Positions 41,642 to 55,492 are shown, numbered from the stretch's first letter. The stretch is DNA of 64,000 nucleotides from Octopus vulgaris (GCA_951406725.2 OX597816.1:94054001-94118000), one strand, 5' to 3'. Made by a program: numbers and translations. Notes: generated by a model from the letters alone, not told the origin.

Positions 41642-41740
41642 CTGTTCTATAGAAGGGCACGCCACAATTTGTTTGTCTTCTTCTGTATATTCCGAGTTCA
41701 GAAGCTGAGCAAGTTGCTGGTAAGTCTGCTGTACACTCAC
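41642..41740 (-). CDS. COG3: COG3 penultimate coding exon
   Basis: ttatag|GTGAGT...GAACAG|gtacaa; VSVQQTYQQLAQLLNSEYTEEDKQIVACPSIEQ (ACPSxEQ motif). Confidence 0.9.
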
Positions 41741-43326
41741 CTATAAAAAAGAAATTATTACTTCAACAACTAAATCCTATCAAACAAGACAATAATCTTG
41801 TGTCAGTTGAATCAGCTTTGAGAGACATGTTTTTGCTCTATTTAAATTACTACGTCTTCATGTATATGACTACAAATAAATCTGATCAAGAACATGTATA
41901 ATATATCATATTGCTTTCATAATACATTTATTACCAAATATAATGAATGGTTTCGAGTTGAACACTTTTCATTACAAATCAGTTCAATCAGAGCTGGCCT
42001 AACTAAACAAGAACAAATTTGTATCATTACAATGTAAAGCAAAACCAAATTATCCCTAGCATGACCTGAAATGAAAACAGTTTGTCAACAATCTATCAGT
42101 TAGTAGTTTCTAGTTTTAACTCTAATTATTCTAATGCATAGCTGGATTGATCTGCCAAATAGTCTCTCTTTCCAGAATTGATATGAGAATGTGTTTACAG
42201 TATAACAACCACTTCAACATGGGAAACCAAATCTTCTTCAAAACTAATGTCACTGTTTATAAAGCAAGGATTAGATTTTTGAAATCTTAAATCTTAGGAG
42301 AGAAAACTGCTACAAGAAGTAAAGGTTAATTTTAAGTAGAAGGGCGATCTATCACAAGTCCTCTTCCTATGCAAGTAAAATTTAATGTAGTCATTTAATA
42401 AATTCATGACGTTCCACGTCACGAAATATAAGGGGGATAACTAGCTAAATATTTTTATGTTTTTGGCCAGCAAATATCTTCAATGATTAGCCAAAGGTAA
42501 ATGGTTTAAACTCAAAGGGCAAATATTTCAGAGCTGGATACCCTTTCTTAATACCAAATCATTCAACTCTGAAGTAAAAGAAGGTACATATTTTAAACAA
42601 ATAAGGCTGAAGCAATGGAAAATGGTATACCATACCTAAAGACGTAATGCCATGTCAACAACAAGATTCTAATTTAGTGACCATATCACTTCATGCTAGT
42701 ACTTAACTGGTTATGTTCATTTACAAAATCGTTGCAGCTTCCAATCGATTCTATCTTGAAGGGTAACTCACTGCCTTCCTTTGGAAAGGAGGAGTATGTT
42801 ATCTTCCTCTACTTGGTGGTCATTGTGAAGGAAGTTGTGTGTGGACGCAACAGTTCATAGGTTATACGTGTGTGTGTATGTGTATGTGTATGTGTGAGGG
42901 AGGGGCTATGGTAGAAGAGACATGCCCCAGAAGCTGAGCAATGGAACTACACTCTGAGATCCATGGTAGCAAAGTGAACGTCTCAACTACGCAGCTGTAA
43001 ATGAACCTATTTGGGTGGAACTTATTTTATCAAACCCTGAACTATGACAAAACACAGCTGTCCCTGGCAGAAATTGAACATAGATCTTTAAGGGACATAA
43101 CTAAATTCTAAAAATACTTTGTCCAACATCAGGGATAAACAATAATGACCATGCAGTCAGAATGCATGCTATGCTACAGAATATGTTACATAACTAATGT
43201 CTTATAGTTGATACAATTCAAAAAGCACCTTATGTATGTGTCCCAATGTGTGTTTTGTGTCCTATATTATGTATTTGTAAGCATAAAGTGGTATAAGAAG
43301 GTTCCTAGGCCAAATTTTCAACTCAC

Positions 43327-43533
43327 CTTGACTGGTTTGAATAAAATGTATTCAGTATCCTTATTGGCCAGATAGAGGGACATGCTTCTCTGTACAAGAG
43401 GTAGTCGAGATTTTAAATTTTTGTAACTCTCTGCTACAGTATCGTGTAGTTTTTCCGGAATAGCAAATGGCTGATTGCGCAAAGATACTTTCTGCACCCC
43501 TTCTTCTTTCTTCATGTCAGTAATAACAGTAGC
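43327..43533 (-). CDS. COG3: COG3 exon
   Basis: ttgtag|GCTACT...AAG|gtgagt; 69 codons ending RSMSLYLANKDTEYILFKPVK, a conserved COG3 motif. Confidence 0.95.
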
Positions 43534-43809
43534 CTACAATAAAACACAATAAAAAAAAATAAACAACAATAATTCTTTCTACTGTAGGCACAAGGTCTGA
43601 AATTTTGGAGGAGGTGGTAAGTTGACCACATCGACCCAGTACTTGGCTGGTACTTAATTTATCAACCCCAAAAGGATGAAAGGCAAAGTCGACCTTGGCA
43701 AAATTTGAACTCAGAATGTGAAGACAGATGAAATACCACTAAGCATTTTTCCCAGCATGCTAATGATTCTGCCAGCTCGCTCCCTTAATAATAATAAAAA
43801 TACAACATA

Positions 43810-44172
43810 GCATGTCTTGGCGACAACAAGATCAAAGAGAAAGAAGAAAACTGAAAAACTATGATGATGTGAAGTGGAAAATATGCAGGCTGTGGGGAAT
43901 AAAGAGAGTGGATGTGATAGCAGTAGTAATTGGTGAGCTTAGAAGCATCAGCACTCAACTACCAACATGGCTCAAAATGGTTAGTACAAATGTCAAGATA
44001 GAATACCTACAAAAATCATCACTGCTTGAAATTGCAAGAGTTCTCTGCAGAGTTCTTTAAGCATGATCAGTAATCCTTGGTTTACTGGCTGTGAACAGCT
44101 GACATTTTCCAGCATACCCAGCAAAATAAGCTGAGAGTTTTCATAAAATAATAATAATAATAATAATAATAA
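43810..44172 (+). mobile_element. 3' fragment of a second R4/Dong-type RLE LINE family
   Basis: RKLKNYDDVKWKICRLW...VIAVVIGELRSI...LQKSSLLEIARVLCRVL* resembles an RLE C-terminus; short 3' UTR then (AAT)n tail. Confidence 0.7.
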
Positions 44173-45018
44173 TCCTTCGTACTATAGGTACAAGGCCTGG
44201 GTCTTTTGTGGGGAGAGAGAGAGACAATCGATCATATTGAACCCAATATTCAACTGGTAATTAATTTATCGACCCTAAAAGAATGAAAGGTAAAGTCGAG
44301 ACTGGCAGCATTTGAACTCAGAATGTAAAGATTGATGAAATGCTGCCAAGTATTTTGTCTAGTGTGCTACCAATTCTGCTAGCTCACCACCTTAATATTA
44401 AGAATGACAACAGCATCAGCCACCACTGAAGCTGATGCCAATGCTACATTAACATTTTAACTTCTATTTTTCCAAGGTTGCATAGGTTAGACAAGACAAT
44501 GCAAAAAAAGAATTTCCTATGCTCCTCTCCTACTGTCTATTAAACAACATACAGTCTAGATGTGCTTTTGCAGTTGATTGCAGATAAACAACACCGTTTG
44601 TATGAACAGCAAGGCTCTTATTTACAACCAGCATGCATATATGCATGCATATGAACAGGAAACATAAACTCACTCACATGCACATACACACACACACATA
44701 ATGTCATCACTATTATCATCGCACTTTAACATTCATATTCCAGGCTGGCATGGTTTGGACAGCCTGACAGGATCTGAAGAGTTGTAGAACTGTCATATCT
44801 ATTTTGGCATGATTTCTATAGATGGATGCCCTTCTTAATACCAACCACTTTACACAAAGTACAGGATGCATAGTTCTAGCAAACTAGTTTTGGAACAAGT
44901 TTATATCAAAGGCTTCTTCCTACAGAAATCTTTTCCCCAATCCATAATGCTTGCACAAAGATGCCAATACATATAAAAGACAATTTCATTGCTGAGATAA
45001 ATTAAAAAGATAGTTTAC

Positions 45019-45153
45019 CTTTGATAAAAATGATTTTAATGGTTCAGTGAAATACTCTGAGATATGATGTATGAACTCTTCACAATTCTTCTTCAGTTCA
45101 CTATCTACATCTTTCTTAGAATCAACAAAGTGTTCTGTTACTTGTGGTGTTCC
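45019..45153 (-). CDS. COG3: COG3 exon
   Basis: atatag|GGAACA...AAG|gtaaac; 45 codons, GTPQVTEHFVDSKKDVDSELKKNCEEFIHHISEYFTEPLKSFLSK (DSKKDVD motif). Confidence 0.93.
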
Positions 45154-46650
45154 CTATATTTTAAGACACAGAAGAAAAAAATAACCACAAAGAGACAAAG
45201 AGAGTTACAGTAAAAGAAAGTTTTAAAAAATAGCACTTAAGTAAAAATAATTTTGTATAATATTCAGATACTTGTGCCTGAATTAAAAATAGGAAGGTCA
45301 TAGCCGCTACAATTTTGATCCTGGGACTTCTTGATCAGGACTAACTAAATAAATTTGGATAAATTTAGGCACTTCATATTGACTGCAATTTGTATTGGTT
45401 GGTTTTTAGCTGGAACCCATTAACAAGTAGCTCTACCAGAAAAATGTCTTTCCAAATATAATGAAAAGCTTTTCTATTTTTAAGGACAACTTCTTTCTTT
45501 ACATTTGAAGAATTATAAGAAAATGGACTACTAAATTTGAAGCAAAGTTACATGTAATATATTGCGAGTTGTTAACTAGGCGCACAGCATAATTGTGGTC
45601 AAGAAGTTTGCTTTGCAATGGCTCAGGTTTTGATTCCACCACATGTTACTTATGTATGTGTCTTCTACTACAGCCTAGGGTCAACCAAAACCATGTGAGT
45701 GAAACTGGGAGGATGAGAATCTAGAGAACTCTATCAGATGAACAGTACCTACTTTGGGATGGGAAACCCAACCTGATATCTGGTTCAAAAGCAGTGTTTG
45801 AACCAGCTCTCCAAACTTAATGCATAAAGATCTAGCTCCTTTTCTTCTACCAGTCTCATAGGTCCTGCAAAAAGATTATGGGCACTACCTTTCCACCTCT
45901 AATCATAATTTTTAGTTTTTAATTCCATAATATATCTAAGTAAAATATATGACAGGTGTTGATAAAGTAAAATATTTGAATCTATAAAAATACCTACAAC
46001 AAATATTTGTACAAAGAGATAAATCTGAAAACTCTATAAAGCCAATGAACAAAATATCTTCTGATTATAAAGAAAACATGTATGACAAAACTCTAAAGCA
46101 GCACTGTCACTGTACAGAGAGAAAAAAAGTAGTTATTATTGAAGATTTCTTAGATGCAATGGATAACCATGTATTCTGCAATAGTACATATATTTTTAAA
46201 AGTTGACATTTTTATACCATATCTATGATAATAGTCAAGCAATCAGATAATGATTATTTCAATTTGGTCCACCTCTATAGGTTTTGTATATTACTGCTAA
46301 GTGTTGTAGGCTCAGTTATTCTTATTTTGTTTAGTCCACTTGTCAATGAGATTTACCAAAGCATATTCTCTAATTCAAACAGATCCTAGAATACAGAAAA
46401 CTGTACATTACGTGAAGAATAATGGTTCAGATCACCTACATGATAATTGTTTATAGAGAGGACCTATCTGTCTCGTGAGTTAAACAAATCCTAACACACA
46501 CACACACGATTCATATCAAAGAATATATTCCCACCTCAGTTCAAGATATTTTGGCGTGAAATGTAAAGTCTTAAAAATTATCAAATGACAATCCTAAAAT
46601 CATATATACATTTATTAGAAGGCTAAATATGATGGAAATATGTACTTTAC

Positions 46651-46733
46651 CTCTAAAATAAACTGGAGCAAAGCATTGTTACTGTTTAAAACAAAGAGCT
46701 GAGATTTCTTTGAAAATAAGCCATAGGCAGCAT
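46651..46733 (-). CDS. COG3: COG3 exon
   Basis: tttcag|ATGCTG...GAG|gtaaag; phase 1->0; xAAYGLFSKKSQLFVLNSNNALLQFILE matches the COG3 LNSNNAL motif. Confidence 0.92.
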
Positions 46734-47099
46734 CTGAAAGTCAAAAACAATGTGTGCAATTAATTTAAACCTCAGTCTGTAAACATGTTTCAGAAAGTAT
46801 ACCATAATTATATCTCATCAGTATTTTCTCAATATCTAACAGAAGCTTTTGTTTCAAACCAAGTTAAATTAGTCTAATACTACATTACATTAAACCACAA
46901 TGAAAATAATAGAGGGCATCACAATGTACACTGTAATAAATGTAATTAGTGTCAGAAAGAACTTTGGATATTAAACACCAAACTCAAAAACAATTCACAA
47001 ACAACCAATAACTAAAGGACTACAATCTCAGTTCTTAACACCATCAACAGTTTCAATACCATTAAGTTAGTTTACTTTTCCATCCAGGTATAAACAACT

Positions 47100-47472
47100 C
47101 ATGGAATCTTATCTGATAAGATAATCATATTCCACTGCACGCATCCGTCAGCATAAATGATGGAGTACAAATGAGCTGAAAGAAAAGCTGGGTACAAGGG
47201 AAATAGGCTGTTCCATGCAAGACAGAAAGACATGATGCATCTGGAGGATGGCAATTGGGTAAAGTAGTGACATGCAATCCAAGTGGAGGCAACCTGCAAA
47301 AACGGAAGATCAAGAAGGATATGAGAAATGATGAGGGCTGATTTCACAATGTGAAGCCTCACAAAGGAAATGACAAGGAACTACACCAAAAGGAAAATTG
47401 TTGCATTAGTGAAGACTCATCTTACACATGCAAGCATGGAGAAAATTCCTGTAGAATGATAATAATGATGAC
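47100..47472 (+). mobile_element. Degenerate RTE LINE 3' remnant
   Basis: Decayed MHLEDGNWVK..HAIQVEATCKNGRSRR motifs and a GAT-like tail; a similar remnant lies at ~11870-12070. Confidence 0.55.
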
Positions 47473-47922
47473 AAATATAGCAACAAAAGACAGACAATAA
47501 AAAACTGGCAAAAATTAAACAAAATGTAATAACAGAATAAGAGAATGTGAACACATCTCATAAATGCATTCGTGTTTGCTCATTTATAGTCACCAAGACT
47601 GAAACTTTTACATAGGGAATGTATGTTTAATAGAAGTCAGAAGACATATATATGTAACTGTGAAGTGCATCTATGGAACTAAAGTTGTAATAAACTGTAT
47701 ATGTAATTAAATCATCTGCAAGCAACATTCACTGCAATATATATATATTCAGGACATTAGGGAAAAGGTTGTTGCTCAAATGTGCAACACCTTTTTCCAA
47801 AATAACCCCAAAATATAGAGATACAAGATAAAATTGCAACTTGGTTTTGTTTTCTTTTCCTTTTGTAGTTTACTTTATACCTTCTCTTATTATTCTGGCC
47901 TTACATAACAAATCTCTTTAAA

Positions 47923-47962
<40 letters not shown>

Positions 47963-48292
47963 CACATGCACACACACATAAATATATGATGAACTCTCCC
48001 ACTGAAGACGACATATGAGCCTTCAGCTTTTGTTGATTCATTTATAGTGATCAAATGTTTGTGCCACACATTATCTCACTCTCTTCATCAAATCAATATT
48101 GTCTGAATAGGGGCAAAAGTGATCACAGAGCAACGTGAGATGAAGTGCTTTACACAAAAACAAAATGCACCAGCCAGTTTAGGAACTGAAACCACATTCT
48201 CACGATTGTGCAATACCCTAACCACTAGGCCATATATACATATGGTACTCTTGTATGGTCATAGCCTTACAGTAAGAACATGTAAAAGAATA

Positions 48293-48334
<42 letters not shown>

Positions 48335-48846
48335 CGGATATGTACTTGCATAGCAAGTGACCTGATCAGAGATCCTGTGCTGTATATATGAAGTTTGGAG
48401 CCTGGTGCAGCCATCTGGTTCGCCAGTCCTCAGTCAAACCGTCCAACCCATGCCAGCATGGAAAGCGGACATTAAACGATGGTGATGATGATGATGATGA
48501 AGCTATATCCCTTAATTTGCTGATTTTCTTTACATGAACGGAGAAGTTACATTGCCGAACTGTTATTTTAATGAGTTATATATATTTACCACCCAAAAAG
48601 ACACATCTGTACTGTGAACCAGTTGTTAAGCATCCTACCCATGAGGGATCAATGCTAGATGGGTCAAAAAAATTGTAGTGATTAATAAAAATTCTCACAT
48701 CTTCCATCTCTCATTAACCAAATATATATATATATATTTAAATACACATACCTACATACATATATACACACACATACACACACACACACACATATATATA
48801 AAGCATATAGTATTTTGCATTTGGAATCAGTTCTCATCTCTAGCTG

Positions 48847-48905
48847 GTGATTGTCACATGCTGATGATGGGTTACTACTCAGAAACCCGGGTCCGTGTGT
48901 ATCAC
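48847..48905 (+). ncRNA. Type I minimal hammerhead ribozyme (Penelope-type)
   Basis: CACATG-CTGATGA-TGGGT(tact)ACTCA-GAAA-CCCGGG-TC^CGTGTG; stem I extends via GTGAT/ATCAC; palindromic stem III; GUC triplet ends at 48893. Confidence 0.75.
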
Positions 48906-49111
48906 ATAAGGCTAGAGATGGGAACAATGATTCCCCTTCACAAATACTGATTGGATACAGACAGTGTGTCATTAGCCAACTGGAGGAGATGTCTTCCTAG
49001 GGCTATAAACAACAGTAGCATCATCCCATATGGGTCAGCCACATATAGGTGGCAAATATACTTCACAATGTCATGCTGCTACTGTTTACATCTCGATCAG
49101 AGACTTTTTAT

Positions 49112-49148
<37 letters not shown>

Positions 49149-49580
49149 AACACATACACACACACACACACACACTCGACTTATCCTACACCAAAATGAT
49201 ATTCACTCAGACTTTATTTGTAACATTAATTTTTAGAAGTCTACTATTTCTGTGTATCATTTTCTTGATCACAAATCAAAGCTCCATATCATATGTATTA
49301 TCTGTTTAGCTTATAACAGCTATATTGATTTATCAGCCAGTAGAGAATGTAAATATACTGCTGTTAAATGTTATTTTTCAGTTTTCTTTAACATGGACTG
49401 AATTTGTAATTCCTCTGTGGTACTAAATAAGTTCATAGCTAATATTGTAATTCAAATTTAAAATAAGTATATTGATTTAAAATTGTATATTGATTCAGAA
49501 TATAAAAAAAAATCAAACATAGAAATTTTAAGTTTATATTTCAAGCTCAAATGTCAATAAATACTACAACCAATGAGAGA

Positions 49581-49616
<36 letters not shown>

Positions 49617-49662
49617 TAGAGAGAGACAGAGACAGAGAGAGAGAGGGGGAAAGAGAGAGAGG

Positions 49663-49750
<88 letters not shown>

Positions 49751-50759
49751 TGTTTAGATTTCAATAGCAAACTACTCATAAATCAGATTATAAAAACCAC
49801 CGAACAAGCTGTTTTAAAATTTAAAGAAATACTTCAAAAACATACAAGATTTTATAAAAATAAAATAATACAATAAGTAATGACTTTTTAGATAGTAAAT
49901 AGTAAAATATTACAAGATATGTCCATCCGTTGATGTTTGTAAACATTAATGAAATGTTGAAATATTGTTGAATAATCACAACAGAAATTATTAAAAAGAA
50001 AAATTCATAGAGATATCATGATAATCATCATCATCCTCATTTAACAAGCATCTTCCATGCTGGCATGGGTTAGACAGTTAGACAACAGCTGGCAAGCCAG
50101 AGGACTGCACCAAGCTCCACTGTCTCTTTTGGCATGGATTTTACAGCTGGTGCTCTTCTTAATGCCAGTCACTTTACTGAGTGGACTGAGAGCAGTTTAC
50201 TTAGCACCAGCACTAGCAAGGTTTGGTTTGGCATGGTTTTCACAGATGGATGCCCTTTCTAATGCCAACCACTTAACAGAGTGAACTGGATGCTTTTAAC
50301 ATGGCATCAGCCCTAACAAAGGTCTGTTTGGCATGTTTTTACAGCAAGATGCCCTTCCTAATGCCAACCACTTCACTGAATGGACTGATGCTTTTATGAG
50401 AAAATGTATTTTTAGAAAATGCATAAGGATATTTTTGAAAAAATACGCCTAAAAGCGTATGAAAATAGAAATAATAATGTCATGACTTCTGAGATTAATG
50501 TCACTTACAAGTTTGAACAATTTTAGGTAAAAAAAAAAAACAGGCAAAATATGAGCAAGGAGGAAAACCTAGAGTTGCAGTTCTGGGAAAGAATGATTTG
50601 GAGATATTTTTCATTTTTTTAATGTGAAATTAAAAAAAAAAAAAAAAAAGAGAGAGAGAGAGAGAGAGAACATAGCCATGGAAAAGGCACACCTCTGCCA
50701 ATCATTTGAACATATCTATAGTTACATATATGTTAACAGTTTTCCAATATGAATCTTAC

Positions 50760-51180
50760 TTGATTTTTGAAGACAGTCAACAACTGATCTGGCTAAAGTG
50801 TTTTTAGATCCCGAAGAAGAACACAAGTCTTTGAAATGCACATTTCTTACTGTTACATATGTGAGTTGGCCATGAAAGATCATCAGAGATTAAAAGGTCA
50901 TGCACTTGTAATAGATCTGAGGTCTTTGTGAGTTGTTTCCAAGTAAGGAGACAGATGTGTAAGACTAGTTCCTTGATATATAGTGACTGTGTGTCTTGTT
51001 AGAAGAAACAATATGAAGATATATACCATACAGAAGCAAGAATGCAGGATAAAATAAATCTTGAGATATACTGGAACTGATAGTGTAGATCTGTGAATGT
51101 TCTGACAGAGTCTGCTGCAATGAAGTGGTCTGACAAGACACTTCTGATTCAAGAGATGCAAGATAGATGCAACAATAGGT
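50760..51180 (-). mobile_element. Very degenerate LINE RT remnant
   Basis: THKDL and LISDDLSWPTHI...AFQRL recall the KDLG...DLSWxxHI region of L2/CR1-type RTs. Confidence 0.4.
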
Positions 51181-51185
51181 GAGTA

Positions 51186-51705
51186 CCATAAATCCATGAG
51201 TATAATCCACCCTTGAGTATAATACGCAGGGGATTTTTAGGGGTTGTACCTCTGAAAAACCTAAACCTTGTGTATAATACGCACCCCTTCTCTAACTTGA
51301 GTCATGCATAATTAAGCCAGCAGCACCTAGTCGAACAAACACTTCCGCGCATGCGCAATACAATAATGGTGATGTTCTTAACTGTTATATGGGAATGTAA
51401 ATATGTTTGCAAATTGTTTTGTTATATGTTATTTTGTGTTCTGAATACTTTTATTTTAATAAATGTTGCTTACCACAAGTTATGGATGATTCTTTTATGA
51501 CTTCATTGCTTTCATTCTTAGCTTAAGGTATTTTCGTGCCCAGCATCACAAAATACGTCTGAATAAACATTGCCAGACCGCAAATAGAGACACGGACATT
51601 GCTTAGAAGATATTTTTCATTTTTAACCTCGTATATAGTACGCACAAGGTATTTTGAACTTTAAATTTTGGGGAAAAAATGCAGATTATACTCAAGGATT
51701 TATGG
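51186..51705. mobile_element. Tc1/mariner-pogo superfamily MITE
   Basis: TIRs ccataaatccatgagtataatc / gattatactcaaggatttatgg (1 mismatch), TA on both sides, repeated subterminal gtataatacgca motifs. Confidence 0.85.
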
Positions 51706-52723
51706 TAGTTGAGTTAATAGGTTATTATCAAAGACAGAGTCTTTTTTTTATGACAAAGGTAATGATATTGTTATAGAATAAATTCTCAAGTGTAAAAAAC
51801 CACTTGAGTGTAATATTAGTAAAAAAAATCTCTGGTACATTTATCAGATATCTGTTGGCATCCTGCTTGAAAGGCTGAGCATGGATGAGCCAAGGAAGCA
51901 TTAGTCCAAATGTGCAGAAGAAAAGTTGCTCTAGAAAAGGCAAATTATTTGAATGGATGATGAATGTTGGGGGAAAAGGGCTAAGTGCTGCCAGTGGTCA
52001 CTATGCATGGAAGAAGAAGACTGAGGAAAGTATGGGGAGCAATATACCCACATGGCAGAACTATCCAACCAAAGCCAGCATGAAAAAAACATGATGTTAA
52101 ATATTGATGAAGATAACAAGTACAAAACCAAACTGATTTAAACCTACTGCACTATTGTTATCAATTTTATCAATCCCAAGGAGGATGAAAGGTGACTAAA
52201 TACCATACAGCAATTGTCATATTTGACACGTGCTCCTCTATAATCAGTGTATTAAAACTGTTTTCATAAAAAATATATTTCCACAGACATATCAGCAAGA
52301 AGGGAAATTGCTTAGCATAGAAAATTCAATCATTGCATAATTAATCATATTATTTGCATTACAAACAATGAACTCCTCCTCCTCCTCCTCTTTCTGATCA
52401 TCTCCACCACTGCAATCACCACCACCACTGCCACCACTACTACCACCACCACTGCTACCACCACCATCATCATCATCATTAAGAAAACATAAATAAACTC
52501 TGCAATAAAAATAATACCTCAAAGGAACTGAAGTAGCTTATACAATAGTATAAGAAACATAGCTGAAATAAAATGACCAGAAATCAAAGTCAGTTCAGGG
52601 CTCAGCTGAACTGACAGAAGCTTAACTAAGAAATGAATATCAAAGCTGAATCCACATAACAACAGTATAAAAAAAAAATTGTCACATGACATCAATGAAA
52701 AAAGAAGATTCATTAACATAGTA

Positions 52724-53710
52724 CAGTAATGCCTCACTTTACAAGGACCTGCTTTACAAGACCCCAGGTTTATGAGTTTTATTTTTCAAGCAAAAGATCC
52801 AAATTCTGAAAGAAGTCCAAAAGTTTCTACTACCATAATAAATGCTTCTGCATGTTACTGAAACATTTATAAAGAGCGAAAAAAGGCTTCTTCTAAGCAA
52901 ACAACTCTAGACTTGTTTTTTAAAAAGAAATCTACAAGTCCATCTATGAGTACTTGTGAATCGGCAATCATGTCTACAAGTGATGGTGTGTGAAAGAGTG
53001 AGTGAAGGTGATTTAGAAAGTGATTATAGTAATAATATTCCGCATGGTTCTTGGTCTCAAGAATTTGTCTTATGAAGAAAGGCTGAAGACGCTCGACCTT
53101 TATTCTCTAGAAAAACGACGACGCCGTGGTGATCTCATTCTTGCTCACAACATCATAAGCGGAAGGTGTAACCTCTCGAAAGAGCTGTTCTTCACTCCTG
53201 CTCCAGAGCATCGGCTGCGGGGTCATTCCAAAAAGCTCTATCTGCAACGATTTCATCTCAATTGAAGGAGAGGGGCTTTCTCCGTCCGGGTTGCGGATCC
53301 ATGGAATAAGCAGCCAGACGAGATGGTGAAGATGCCAACAACCGCTCGGTTCAAAGTCTCCCTTGACCACAAGTGACCTGAACTCTTTACATGAACACCA
53401 CTCTGTACATAACTCCATGTCCCACTACATGGCCTTGCTTTTTGCTTTTTGAGCCAAAAAATTAACTAACTAACTAACTAAATGATCTTTGACATTCCTT
53501 TTACTTTACATAAAATACTCTTTGCATTCTACTGTTGTTTTATTACCATTTATTTAAAAGTATTATAAATTCTATAGGTGAAATATTTTTCTGGGAACTA
53601 ATTACAACTTAAAACATTGCTACTATGAGAAATTATTGCTCTGCTTTACAAGTCTTCGCTTTATGAGTAGCTTCCGGGAACAAATTAACTTGTATATCAA
53701 GATATTATTG
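52724..53710 (+). mobile_element. Tigger/pogo-like DNA transposon relic
   Basis: TA-flanked imperfect TIRs (cagtaatgcctcactttacaag ... cttgtatatcaagatattattg); KQTTLDLFF transposase-tail motif near 52895. Confidence 0.6.
53040..53481 (+). mobile_element. CR1-clade LINE 3' fragment nested in a Tigger-like relic
   Basis: LSYEERLKTLDLYSLEKRRRRGDLI...LRGHSKKL...FSVRV..PWN are CR1 ORF2 end motifs; (AACT)n tail. Confidence 0.85.
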
Positions 53711-55343
53711 TATATCTAAGGAGCTCATTTCTCTTCAAGAAAGAAATTCTGGAATCAAATACACATTATAAAACATAGGACAATGGAAGAGAGCTCTTGA
53801 TGTGATTTGTTAAAAATAGCAGCCAAATGTCCTCAAATCACATTATCATCTTTTAAAAAATGATTAATTGGATAATGTATTCCTTAGTGAATAAGATGAG
53901 ATGATCGAAGCTGGAACACCTTTGATAATCATAATTCTGCTTGAATAGAGCTGAATTGGAGCTAAAAAAACAACATTACAACAGTACCTTCAATGTTTAC
54001 TGGGGTCTCCTTTTGAGTACCTAATTATAATTTAGTAACCTAAGCTATTAAAAGTTAAGTGAATTTAACAAGAATCCAGCACAGCATCAATGACAAAATA
54101 TATAGAGTTGCATATTTATTGAATCAATAAGTTGTAATTTTCCAAAACACCTAAAATTGATCCTCTACTTCAATAAATGATTGCTAAAATCTAATATAAA
54201 TCATATGACTGTAATAATATACTTTCATTACTCATAAAACAGAATAGGAAGAGACACATGGGATGGAGAGTTGCTGAAGAGGTCACAGGATGTGTGACAA
54301 AAGATTTTAGACAAAAGACATAAAATAAGATTAATAATAAAGCTGAAGTGAAGACCAAGTATATAGTGCATGTGGTTAATTGGTAAAAGTATGACCATCA
54401 CCAAACATAACAATACAAGATAATTCTATTTCAGATTTAGAGTAGTACTGTTACATATGTATGAAACTTATTGAGTGAAATAAAAGAAAGTGTGAACTAT
54501 AAAGTATAGCTTAATTGCAGAAAGCTAAAATTGGATGAACTGGGATGGTACTCATCTTCAGTCAAGCTATCAATACTTCACGTAATTACAGTTTTACCCC
54601 ACTGACCAAATATACTGAACTCCTATTACTAGCCCAAATAGTAATAAGTAAATACTGTCCAGAAGTTATGTTCAAGACCTTAAGAAGAGGATCAAGTATA
54701 TCATAGATAAAAGTATTGTTAGTTTGCTCAATTATGCTTTAATCTTCTGATAAAATAGTAAAAGAAATCACAGATGTACCAACCCCTGGAGCTAACATCC
54801 AACTGTAGACACAGTTGATCACTTTCGCATAAATAAATAAAGCACAAACTGACTGACCCTCAATATTAAATGAGTAAAATGAACTGAGGTGCTCATTCAT
54901 AAGAAACATTATTATTAGAACAAACACTTTGATTTCATCATCATCGTCATCATTTAATGTCTGCCTTCCATGCTGGCATGGGCTGGATGGTTTGACAAGA
55001 GCTAGCCAGGCAGAAAACTGCACCAGACTTCTGTGTCTATTTTGGCACGGTTTTTATGGCTGGATGCCTTTCCTAGCACCAGCTACCCAGCAGAGTAGAT
55101 TGTGCTTTTTATGTGGCATGAGCACAGGTGAGGTCAGGTTTAGCATAGTTTTTACAGCTGGATGCTCTTCCAAACGTCAACCACTTTACAGTGTGGACTA
55201 GGTGCTTATAATTATTTACTTTCCATAAAATAACCTGGAAGACTAATTTCAAGTTGATTTTCATGGAACCAGAGATTCATAATGTCATTACTTCAAAAAT
55301 TAAAAACAGATTTACTAATTAAAAACATTATCTGCTACACTGA

Positions 55344-55439
55344 CATGCATAAAAGATTCTAAGATATTCATTAAAGTCATGCACATGGGATTCTGGAATT
55401 ATTTCATGGCCATGCATATTATTATTTATATCTCATGCA
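55344..55439 (-). promoter_or_regulatory. Cluster of four UGCAUG (Rbfox) intronic splicing elements
   Basis: CATGCA on + at 55344-55349, 55378-55383, 55411-55416 and 55434-55439, i.e. UGCAUG in the COG3 pre-mRNA; not within a microsatellite. Confidence 0.55.
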
Positions 55440-55474
55440 GTTATTTCTGTGTGTATATGAGGTCAAAGACTTAC

Positions 55475-55492
55475 CTACATGAAATTTAAATA
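55475..55492 (-). CDS. COG3: Candidate COG3 18-nt microexon
   Basis: U-rich tract ...tcttttgaag|TATTTAAATTTCATGTAG|gtaagt; phase 1->1, xFKFHV, consensus donor, four downstream TGCATG. Confidence 0.5.
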   Translation of the reverse strand, partial: YLNFM

